This document shows, one piece after another, positions 19,440 to 27,691 of a DNA stretch of 64,000 nt. Location: positions 1,866 to 65,865 of the forward strand of contig JAFTKH010000003.1 of assembly GCA_017453365.1 (NCBI GenBank). Reading direction: 5' to 3'. A program made the translations under genes and the position numbers. The DNA comes from Clostridia bacterium. Lineage in GTDB: Bacteria; Bacillota; Clostridia; Oscillospirales; CAG-272. Each line of letters starts with the position of its first letter. The first letter of the stretch is position 1. The notes below the pieces were generated by a model. That model was not told the DNA's origin and ran no database searches. It saw only the letters and a list, made by a program, of their open reading frames with translations.

Positions 19440-19766
19440 ATGAAGGAGTCTTATCAGCCGCGCGCAAAGCAGTTTTTACCGTACGCCTCGCTTCGCGGCT
19501 TTGATGAAATAGTAGCAAGAAAAAGAAAGATAAAGGAACCGAGGCGTGAGCTCGGCGAGGATGCGGCAGAGGAGCTTTCGCGTATGCTGTCGTCGCTTCG
19601 CGGCGGAGAGAGCATTTCTGTCGTATACTACAAAGTTGACAGCTACGTGCAGACGTCCGCTAGGCTTTTGAGAGTGGATATGCTCAAAGGAGAGCTCGTG
19701 CTAGACGGGGGAAGGATACAGATATCAGATATATTTTCACTTGATATTAAGGCCGACGGCTTGTAA
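19440..19766 (+). CDS. YolD-like protein
   Basis: 108-aa protein directly after a Y-family polymerase. The FLPYASLRGFDE opening resembles the YolD-like family that accompanies UvrX/PolY genes in Bacilli. Confidence 0.6.
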   Translation: MKESYQPRAKQFLPYASLRGFDEIVARKRKIKEPRRELGEDAAEELSRMLSSLRGGESISVVYYKVDSYVQTSARLLRVDMLKGELVLDGGRIQISDIFSLDIKADGL

Positions 19767-19819
19767 TCCGTTTGAAATTGTGGTACAATAACAGAAAAAC
19801 GAAAAAAGGAGACCGCTCT

Positions 19820-21256
19820 ATGAAAAAGCGTGCATCGGGCGTGCTTATGCACGTTTCGTCACTGCCCGGAGATTATTCCGTCGGCTCGTTTGGCGGCGGG
19901 GCGTATAAATTTATAGATTTTCTTGCCGACGCGGGCTTTTCCTATTGGCAGGTGCTGCCGTTCTGTATGCCCGACGAATGCGGCTCGCCGTATAAGTCGA
20001 AGGGAAGCTTTAGTGTAAACCCGTGGTTTATAGACCTGCCGATATTGAAAAAGCAGGGACTCATCACCGACTCCGAGCTGGATTCGGCGCGTCAGCATAG
20101 CCCGTATCTTTCGGAATATGCACGCCTCCCCGAGCGGATGTCGCTCCTTCGTCGCGCGGCCGAGCGTGTTACCGATAGGGAGAGGGTAGAGGAGTTCATA
20201 GCGACAAACGGCGAGCTTTCCTATACCGCGAGATATCTCGCAATAGCCGAGGAGCAGGGGGATATTCCCCACCGCCTATGGCGTGATGTGCAGCCCTCTG
20301 CCGACACGCTCTTTTTTCATAAATTTTTGATATATGAGTTCTGCAAACAGTGGCAAGGCGTGAAATCCTACGCCAACAGTCGAGGTATATCCGTTATCGG
20401 AGATATGCCGATATACGCCGCGTATGAGAGCGCCGATGTATGGGCTCGCCCCGAGGCGTTTTTGCTAGACGGGGAGCTTTTGCCGCGCTCCGTTGCGGGC
20501 GTTCCGCCCGACTATTTTGCAAAAGAAGGACAGCTCTGGGGCAATCCCCTCTACAATTGGCGTGGAATGAGGGAGCGTGGCTTTGATTTTTTTCGTGCGA
20601 GAATGGAAAACGCACTCTCGCTCTTCGACGGCGTGCGTATCGACCATTTCAGAGCCCTTGACGCCTATTACAGTATTCCGAGCGCTGCTCTCACGGCAAA
20701 GGAGGGAAAATGGATAAAGGGCCCCGGCCGCGCTCTCGTGCGCGCCCTTCGCGACCTTACGAAAAACAAGCTCGTGATAGCCGAGGACCTCGGCGACATC
20801 ACCGATAGCGTCCGTGACCTCGTCCGCTATAGCGGATATCCGGGAATGAGAGTTTTGCAGTTCGGCTTTATGGGAGAGGAGAATTCAATACATCTGCCGC
20901 ATAACTATACCGAGACCTCATTCGCCTACACGGGCACGCACGATAATAACACGCTCCTCGGCTTTATCTGGGAGTCGGATTCCGTGACCCGTGCGAGAAT
21001 TTTTGATTATTTCGGTATCAGGCATAACGACTGGTCGCTTGCCTGCGAGGATATAATCAGGTGCCTTTTGGCATCCTCGGCCCGCGCGGTTATTCTTCCT
21101 GTGCAGGACCTGCTCGGCTTCGGAGCCGATACGCGAATGAATACCCCGGGTGTCCCTGACGGAAACTGGCGCTTCAGAATAACCGAGGATAACCTTCGCA
21201 CCCTCTCGGAAAATAGCGGGAAATACAGATATTTAAATAATCTTTACGGAAGATAA
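19820..21256 (+). CDS. malQ: 4-alpha-glucanotransferase (amylomaltase, GH77)
   Basis: RASGVLMHVSSLPG, WGNPLYNW, RIDHFRAL and TGTHDNNT motifs. The ATG at 19820 has an AAGGAG RBS. Confidence 0.9.
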   Translation: MKKRASGVLMHVSSLPGDYSVGSFGGGAYKFIDFLADAGFSYWQVLPFCMPDECGSPYKSKGSFSVNPWFIDLPILKKQGLITDSELDSARQHSPYLSEYARLPERMSLLRRAAERVTDRERVEEFIATNGELSYTARYLAIAEEQGDIPHRLWRDVQPSADTLFFHKFLIYEFCKQWQGVKSYANSRGISVIGDMPIYAAYESADVWARPEAFLLDGELLPRSVAGVPPDYFAKEGQLWGNPLYNWRGMRERGFDFFRARMENALSLFDGVRIDHFRALDAYYSIPSAALTAKEGKWIKGPGRALVRALRDLTKNKLVIAEDLGDITDSVRDLVRYSGYPGMRVLQFGFMGEENSIHLPHNYTETSFAYTGTHDNNTLLGFIWESDSVTRARIFDYFGIRHNDWSLACEDIIRCLLASSARAVILPVQDLLGFGADTRMNTPGVPDGNWRFRITEDNLRTLSENSGKYRYLNNLYGR

Positions 21257-21260
21257 AAAT

Positions 21261-21300
21261 CTCTCACAGCAAGCCTTTACGGAAGCTGTGAGAGCTTTTT
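21261..21300. terminator. bidirectional terminator between malQ and the convergent GH gene
   Basis: ctctcacagc (21261..21270) pairs with gctgtgagag (21285..21294) and is followed by cttttt. Confidence 0.7.
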
Positions 21301-21301
21301 A

Positions 21302-22744
21302 TTAGAGCCTTATATCAAGCCTTTCGATATTTTCGCTATGGGCGGAGAGCTCGCCGTCGACAAAGACGGAAAGACCCACGCCGCGTCCGTATCTCTTACC
21401 GTCCCTATCGTACACGACGGTGATAAACTTATCGCCGTATTTCACCCCGTCGAGGCAGAGATAGGAGAGGTCGGACTCGGTGAAAAGCGGCTCTACCGTC
21501 AGCGCCCCGTCCGAAAGACTAACACCGGCAAGTCCCGATATAACGAGGTCACAGAAGGTCGAATGGTTGTAGTCAACACCTCTGTCCCAATCGGCTCTTC
21601 CGCCTGCTATCATTATCTTACGTGCAAGCCACTCGCCCGTGAATGGGTCGAGATTTTCGTCTATCCACAGCTCACGCACTCCGTCGCGCTCTATGTAGTG
21701 GCAGGCGGCGTATCTGTGAAGAAGCTCATAATAGTCGGCCTTCGTCATAACGCCCTGCTCGTAATCGCGAAGAAGGTTTGCGAGTGCTCCGAGCGTCTGA
21801 CAGGTCGAGAACGGCCATGAGGGACCGTTCCAAAGGCACATATGCGTGTGCTCGAACATAAACCTTGGATGACACCTTTCCGCCGTAGTCGGACCGTAGG
21901 GAGCATAGAAATGGTTTTCATCGTTTAAAAATTTCCACGCAGAGGACATTTGCTTCTCGGGTATATGATAGAGCCACGGAATGTAGCCTATCTCCTCTCT
22001 GACGTCCGAAAGCTCATAGCCCGTGCTCTCGGAGCGGTTCTTGTAGAACTCCGCCTCGCTGTCCCAGAGCCTCTCGTTTATAAGCTCGCGGAGTCTTTCT
22101 GCCTTTGCTTGCCATTTCGCGGCCTCGGCCTCGTTGCCAATACGGCGAGCGACCTCGGCAAGAGCTGCGGCGTCGGCGTACATATAGGAATTTATGGTGG
22201 GGCGCTCTCCGTTTCCGCTTATCGAGAACTCCATTCCGTCGTAGTTGTCAATTTGGTAGAAAAGACCGCTCTCTCTGCCGTGAGTTTTTTCCCACTCGGC
22301 ATAATTTTCCTTCATTTCCCCGTATATTTCCGCAGCAAGGGTGTAATCGTCCCACACTCGGCACGCGGCAATAACCGAGTCGGCAAGCGGAAAGCTGTAT
22401 TTCCTTACGTCGCCTTCGCCGCTTACCCAAAATCTCGCGTAATCTCGGAGTATATCCCTGTTGTGAAGCCATCTGCCCTCGTAGAAATGGTGCGTAGCGG
22501 GACAATTTATGGTGTTGTATTTTCCTGCCCAAGATACCTCCGGCAGAAATTCGGTAACGACGAAGCCGCGCGGCGTCATCTTTATCTGCTCCGAGTAGGT
22601 CTGCCACCTGAAATAGTATACGTCCTCAAGTGTCCTGTCCGATATGTCTAGAAGAGGGAAGCCGATATCGAATGCCGCGTACTTGGGATTTCTGCATTCG
22701 TGCTGTCGTCTCTTTTCTTCCTTGTTAAGTAATAAGTAGCTCAT
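21302..22744 (-). CDS. (alpha/alpha)6-barrel glycoside hydrolase, GH63/MGH1-like (tentative family)
   Basis: 480 aa with no signal peptide and a WNGPSWPFSTCQTLGAL type motif. The family assignment is from memory only. Confidence 0.5.
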   Translation of the reverse strand: MSYLLLNKEEKRRQHECRNPKYAAFDIGFPLLDISDRTLEDVYYFRWQTYSEQIKMTPRGFVVTEFLPEVSWAGKYNTINCPATHHFYEGRWLHNRDILRDYARFWVSGEGDVRKYSFPLADSVIAACRVWDDYTLAAEIYGEMKENYAEWEKTHGRESGLFYQIDNYDGMEFSISGNGERPTINSYMYADAAALAEVARRIGNEAEAAKWQAKAERLRELINERLWDSEAEFYKNRSESTGYELSDVREEIGYIPWLYHIPEKQMSSAWKFLNDENHFYAPYGPTTAERCHPRFMFEHTHMCLWNGPSWPFSTCQTLGALANLLRDYEQGVMTKADYYELLHRYAACHYIERDGVRELWIDENLDPFTGEWLARKIMIAGGRADWDRGVDYNHSTFCDLVISGLAGVSLSDGALTVEPLFTESDLSYLCLDGVKYGDKFITVVYDRDGKRYGRGVGLSVFVDGELSAHSENIERLDIRL

Positions 22745-23128
22745 TTTTTAAAGTCTCCGTTATTCTTTGTATTCAGATATGCCCTGTGTTCAGATGGCAG
22801 AGTGCCGAAATGCTTACGCCACGCGAGGTAGAAGCAGGCGAGCGAATTGTACCCGACGCGCGAGGAAATCTCCGATACGGAGAGCTCCTCCTCGAAGAAT
22901 ATATCCATATCCTCCTTGTGGAAGAAGAACATCTCGCAGAATTTGTGAGTATGCAGAGAATTTATATTCCGAGGCTCGCTCGGGGAGAGAGCCCTCTCCT
23001 CTTTTCCCTGCGGGGATTCCGTCCTTAGTGTTGAAGCGGTGCGTGTAGTGCACCGAGACGCACACGTCCTCGATATTGAACTTTAGCTCGGTATATTTAT
23101 ACGACGCGCCCGTGCTATTCTTATTCAT
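22741..23128 (-). pseudogene. decayed AraC-family regulator (frameshifted and internally deleted)
   Basis: Two overlapping minus-strand ORFs in different frames. The 5' one is cupin-like. The 3' one reads ..LHTHKFCEMFFFHKEDMDIFFEE fused directly to ELSVSEISSRVGYNSLACFYLAWRKHFGTLPSEHR, the second AraC HTH. About 100 aa are missing. Confidence 0.55.
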
Positions 23129-23379
23129 ACCGTCGCTCCCATTCTTTAAAAGAAGTTTACCATAAAGCTCGCGCTTTGTCCATAGCTTTCCCGAAAAAAG
23201 CTGTCATTTCGGGACAAAATTCCGTTTTTATGTCCCGATTTTTGTATGGCTGCTTTCTTCTTCCGATTATCCTCGCGGAAGAAATGACAAATATTCGGCA
23301 ATCGAGGCTAAATACATTTGTAGCGATGGGAAGTTATAATGTAATTAGTACTAATAAAATCTCTAAAAGGAGACGAAAA

Positions 23380-24573
23380 ATGAAAAAGATAACCCCCGAG
23401 GTAGTCAAGGATAAGGAAAGGTTTCTCAAGAGCTCATGCTACAGAGAGGAAAAGCTTGACCGCGCCATAGCCGACGCGCTTAAGAAGATAGATTATATGA
23501 TAGAGACTATGGACGGAAAATATCCGTCGCATAGCAGCACGAATAACGTCTACCGCCGTGAGGAAAACAAGGAAGGCGGATGGAATCAGGGCTTCTATTC
23601 GGGAATACTCTGGATAGCCTACGAGCTTTCGGGCGACGAGAAGTATAAGAACCTCGCCCTCTCGCAGATAGACGAGTATTACGACAGAATGGTGAACGTG
23701 TTCGGTAAGATGGGACACGACGTCGGTTTCCTTTACTCACTCTCATGCGTTGCAGCGTATAAGCTCACAGGACATAAGAAGGCGCGCGAGGCAGCTATTA
23801 TGGCGGCAGACCATCTTAAGCTTCGTTTCCAGGAGAAGGGTCAGTTTATAAAGGCATGGGGAACTGTGAACGGTCCCGATAACTACAGACTCATAGTAGA
23901 CACTCTTCTTAACCTCCCGATTCTTTTCTGGGCAGCAGAGGAGACCGGTGACGAGAGCTACAGGAAAATCGCGCATACTCACTACAGAACGACACTTAAA
24001 TATGCGGTAAGAGATAACGGCTCGTCCTTCCACACCTTCTACTTTGCTCCCGAGACGGGCGTTCACCTTCGCGGAGTTACGAAGCAGGGAAGAGACGATG
24101 ACAGCTGCTGGTCCCGCGGTCACGGCTGGGTTGTATACGGCTCTATGCTCGTGAAAAAATACGTGGACGACCCCGACGCAGAGGACGTCTGCCGTGCGGC
24201 TATTAAGTTCTATCAGAACAGACTTCCATCCGATTTCGTACCCTTCTGGGACCTCGAGTTCACAGAGGCGGACGGCGAGGAGAAGGACTCCAGCGCTGCT
24301 CCCATAGTGCTATGCGGAATGCTCGAGCTTCTGAAGAAGCTTCCAAAGGGCGAGGAGTACGATATGATAGAGAACACCGTATGCCACTCTATGGACTCTC
24401 TTTACGAGAATTACAGCACGAAGGACGACCCCACCTCGAACGGTCTTCTTCTCCACGCGGTATATTCGAAGCCTAACGACGTCGGTATCGATGAATGTAA
24501 CATTTGGGGCTGCTACTTCTACATGGAGTGTCTTATCCGTATGAAGAAGCCCGATTGGAAGGCTTATTGGTAA
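23380..24573 (+). CDS. unsaturated glucuronyl/chondroitin-disaccharide hydrolase (GH88)
   Basis: GGWNQGFYSGILWIAYELSGD, HDVGFL, WSRGHGWVVYG and IWGCYFYMECL motifs are typical of GH88. The ATG at 23380 has an AAGGAG RBS; the track ORF starts at 23176. Confidence 0.8.
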   Translation: MKKITPEVVKDKERFLKSSCYREEKLDRAIADALKKIDYMIETMDGKYPSHSSTNNVYRREENKEGGWNQGFYSGILWIAYELSGDEKYKNLALSQIDEYYDRMVNVFGKMGHDVGFLYSLSCVAAYKLTGHKKAREAAIMAADHLKLRFQEKGQFIKAWGTVNGPDNYRLIVDTLLNLPILFWAAEETGDESYRKIAHTHYRTTLKYAVRDNGSSFHTFYFAPETGVHLRGVTKQGRDDDSCWSRGHGWVVYGSMLVKKYVDDPDAEDVCRAAIKFYQNRLPSDFVPFWDLEFTEADGEEKDSSAAPIVLCGMLELLKKLPKGEEYDMIENTVCHSMDSLYENYSTKDDPTSNGLLLHAVYSKPNDVGIDECNIWGCYFYMECLIRMKKPDWKAYW

Positions 24574-24650
24574 GAGAAAAGAAAAAGCAAATAAAAGTAT
24601 ACAAAAAAGACTACCCCGAGCACAAATCTTGACACGGGATAGTCTTTTTC

Positions 24651-25478
24651 TTATATTTCAACCGTCGTTCCTAAGCTTTCGTAAGCCTTGACGGTAGCCT
24701 CGCGTATCTTCATTACCTCGAGCGTCTCTTCCTTTTCGACAGGGGTGGGAGCACCCTCGAAGAAGCGGAGTATATCCGCGATAAGACCACGGAAAAAATC
24801 CGAGGTTATCTTCGCGGTACGCTTACCGTCAGAGAAGGTGAAGGGGTGCTTTTGATTATATCGCATCTCGAGTGAGCGGGAGTCCGGGTAGGTCACCCTG
24901 CATACTGCTTCCTCACCCTCTTCGGTTACGGTAACTGTCTTGGCACCCGTGCCGAGCTTCTTTACACCCATCTCTACCTGATGAATTATATACTCGGGTA
25001 GATTTCCGCCGCCGCCCGTGGTAACTACACGGGTGGGTGCCTCGAACTCCGAAAGCTCCGTCGCATACCGCAGAGCAGAGGTGGAGAATATCGCGGTTCC
25101 CGATGTCCTCGCTATATCGAAAATATCTTTCGCAACGGCATAAGAGGGGGCAAAGGTCTTGTCAATATACGTCCTTTTGCCGCAGGGAAGAGTGCTTTTT
25201 GCGAGGCCAAGGTGTTTCTCGGGGTCTGACGGTGCGAGGATTATCAGGTAGTCGGCCTTCGTGCATATCTCCTCGATGCTCATACATCTTTCAATACCGT
25301 ACTTCTCACACCACTCGTCGGTTGTGAGACCGTCGACGGGAGAGACGTCAAGAGATGCGTACGCATACCTGACCTCGTAGTCGACGCCGAGCGTGGCTGC
25401 GGCGTCCTTTATCCACGCGGGATAATTGTTCGCGTGCCACTCGCTGATGTAGTAATCAATAAATCCTATTGTCTTCAT
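24651..25478 (-). CDS. hypothetical protein, Gfo/Idh/MocA-like Rossmann fold (tentative)
   Basis: MKTIGFIDYYISEWHANNYP opening. Its start overlaps the upstream oxidoreductase stop as ATGA. Confidence 0.45.
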   Translation of the reverse strand: MKTIGFIDYYISEWHANNYPAWIKDAAATLGVDYEVRYAYASLDVSPVDGLTTDEWCEKYGIERCMSIEEICTKADYLIILAPSDPEKHLGLAKSTLPCGKRTYIDKTFAPSYAVAKDIFDIARTSGTAIFSTSALRYATELSEFEAPTRVVTTGGGGNLPEYIIHQVEMGVKKLGTGAKTVTVTEEGEEAVCRVTYPDSRSLEMRYNQKHPFTFSDGKRTAKITSDFFRGLIADILRFFEGAPTPVEKEETLEVMKIREATVKAYESLGTTVEI

Positions 25479-26533
25479 TCGAACGAAATCTCCCTTTTCT
25501 CATCGCTCGAGCGGTAGAGTGTATCGAGGAGCTTCGCGCTCTCGAGTATGTTCTCGATATTGTTCTTGTCCTTAACACCGGTTTTCACCGACTCGATAAA
25601 TGCACGGTCCTCGCAAAGATACATATTAGGTATTTCGTAGTCCTCGGTAACGCCCTCAAGCGTTTCTGCGCTCCACTCGGTGAAATGTCCGCCGTACTTA
25701 AGGCGTGCACCGCCCTTGTCTCCGAGAAAATCAATATACATCTCTCCGATATCGATATTCTGCGCCCACGCCCCCGTGAAGGAAATGCTGGCCTTATCGG
25801 TTCTTACGTATCCGGTTACGAAATCGTCTACGTCGTTCGTACCGTTTTCAATATCTGCGGTATCCTCGGCCCACATATCCTTGTACCTGTAGGATTTCAT
25901 ATCCTTTGCCATCTCGGAGTATGCGTCGCAGGTCACGTTCCTCAGCTTCGCGCCGCCGAGAGCGTAGAGCGCGAGGTCAAGAAAATGAACGCCCCAGTCG
26001 ATGAGAACGCCGCCGCCGGACTGCTCCTTGGTCGTGAAAGCACCGCCGAGACCGGGAATTGAACGGAAGGAACGGAATGAGATATGTACGTGATAAATTT
26101 TGCCGAAATCTCCGTTTGCAATCTTGTCGTGTATAATCTCGACTGACTTGTGATAACGGTTGCATACGCCGATGTTGAGCATTTTACCCTGTTTTTCGGC
26201 TTCCTTTGCCATCTCGCAGGAGAGTGCATAGCTTACGGTGATGGGCTTCTCGCAGAAGACGTGTTTGCCCGCGCGAAGAGCATCCATAGTAACCGTGTAA
26301 TGTACATAATTCGGGGTGAGCACCCATACCGCATCAACCTCGGGGTCGGCGAGCGCCACCCTGTAATCGGTTATAACGTTCTCTATACCTTCAAAATCCT
26401 TCTTAATCGCCTCTGCCTTTTCTCTCACAAGGTCGCAGGCGTACTTGATACGCACGCCGTCGAGCTTCGTGAGCGCGGGGAAATGAGCGTTTCTTGCTAT
26501 TCTTCCGCAGCCTATGACCGCAACAGTAAACAT
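25475..26533 (-). CDS. Gfo/Idh/MocA family NAD(P)-dependent oxidoreductase
   Basis: VAVIGCGRIARNAHFPAL dinucleotide fold and an EKP motif (FCEKPITV). The ATG at 26533 has an AAGGAG RBS. Confidence 0.85.
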   Translation of the reverse strand: MFTVAVIGCGRIARNAHFPALTKLDGVRIKYACDLVREKAEAIKKDFEGIENVITDYRVALADPEVDAVWVLTPNYVHYTVTMDALRAGKHVFCEKPITVSYALSCEMAKEAEKQGKMLNIGVCNRYHKSVEIIHDKIANGDFGKIYHVHISFRSFRSIPGLGGAFTTKEQSGGGVLIDWGVHFLDLALYALGGAKLRNVTCDAYSEMAKDMKSYRYKDMWAEDTADIENGTNDVDDFVTGYVRTDKASISFTGAWAQNIDIGEMYIDFLGDKGGARLKYGGHFTEWSAETLEGVTEDYEIPNMYLCEDRAFIESVKTGVKDKNNIENILESAKLLDTLYRSSDEKREISFE

Positions 26534-26724
26534 ATTTTTCTCCTTATGTGTTTTTGATTTCATTATAGCATAGCGGAAATACGAAACACAATAACATTAT
26601 TTGTGTCTAAATTTAGCATTATTTTGTCTTTGAGGCAAAAACGCCGTTTTTTCTTTTGCTATATTTTATTTTTTCTTGACAAGGGAGTGTGCATTTGTTA
26701 AAATGAAGCAAAGGAGATTTAGAA

Positions 26725-27576
26725 ATGGAAAATATTTACCACATAAATAATGAATATCTCTCCAATCCGTTAAAATTCGAGGATATTTACCTCGTCCAGC
26801 TTGGCAGGCTCTTTTGCCGCGGAGGTGTCGAATACGACGAGCACGTGCACCTTAATTGGTACGAGCTCACCATAGTCACGGGAGGCAGCGGAACGGTTAC
26901 GACGGGCGGCGTCAGCGTGCCTGTTTCGGCAGGTGATATATATCTTTCCTTTCCTGCCGACCTTCACCAAATTTCGTCGGACGCTTCCGACCCTCTGAAA
27001 TACGACTTTTTCTCCTTTCGGACGGAGAATGAGGAGCTCGCAGGTGCGCTTGAAAAAATATACGCCGCCTATGTCTCGGCAGAGAGCAGGGTCTTCTCGG
27101 ACGGCAGAATAAACAATCTCGTTTCCCTCGCTATAAACGAGATTTTGGACGAGTCGCTACCGCTTCGAAATAAGATGATTTACGGTATGCTCTCGCAGAT
27201 AATCATATACATTATACGCGCCTTCGACACTGAACGGGCGGTCACCCCCTTTAAAAATACCGACAGACAGGATATCCTGTGTTATCAGATAATGAGCTAT
27301 ATTGATACACATATTTTTACTCTCTCAAAGCTCTCCGACCTCGCCGTTGTTATGAACTATAACTACAGCTATCTTTCAGCTCTGTTTAAAAAGACCACCG
27401 GCAGGACTCTTTCTGATTATTATATGAGCACAAGGCTAAAGACCGCACGCCTCTTGATAGATGAAGGTAAGCTTAAGATATCCGAAATAGCGGAGCTCCT
27501 TAATTACTCGTCTATCTACGTGTTCAGCAGGGCATATAAAAAGAAATACGGCACGTCACCCTCGGGCACGTCATGA
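26725..27576 (+). CDS. AraC family transcriptional regulator (cupin plus double HTH)
   Basis: The C-terminal LSDLAVVMNYNYSYLSALFKKTTGRTLSDYY...ISEIAELLNYSSIYVFSRAYKKKYGTSP is a canonical AraC HTH pair. Confidence 0.85.
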   Translation: MENIYHINNEYLSNPLKFEDIYLVQLGRLFCRGGVEYDEHVHLNWYELTIVTGGSGTVTTGGVSVPVSAGDIYLSFPADLHQISSDASDPLKYDFFSFRTENEELAGALEKIYAAYVSAESRVFSDGRINNLVSLAINEILDESLPLRNKMIYGMLSQIIIYIIRAFDTERAVTPFKNTDRQDILCYQIMSYIDTHIFTLSKLSDLAVVMNYNYSYLSALFKKTTGRTLSDYYMSTRLKTARLLIDEGKLKISEIAELLNYSSIYVFSRAYKKKYGTSPSGTS

Positions 27577-27579
27577 CAC

Positions 27580-27607
27580 TTTACATAAACTTTACATAAC
27601 TAAAACA
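27580..27607 (+). promoter_or_regulatory. Pho-box-like direct repeats upstream of the Na/Pi cotransporter gene
   Basis: TTTACA-taaac-TTTACA-taact-AAAACA with 11-bp periodicity. A TATAAT lies at 27640..27645. Confidence 0.45.
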
Positions 27608-27691
27608 CAGAGGTGGTAGTCACCTATCGGCAGCTCGTGTATAATATAGACTGGACTAAATTGGTCTAGGCTTAAATTGACAGGAGTAAAT

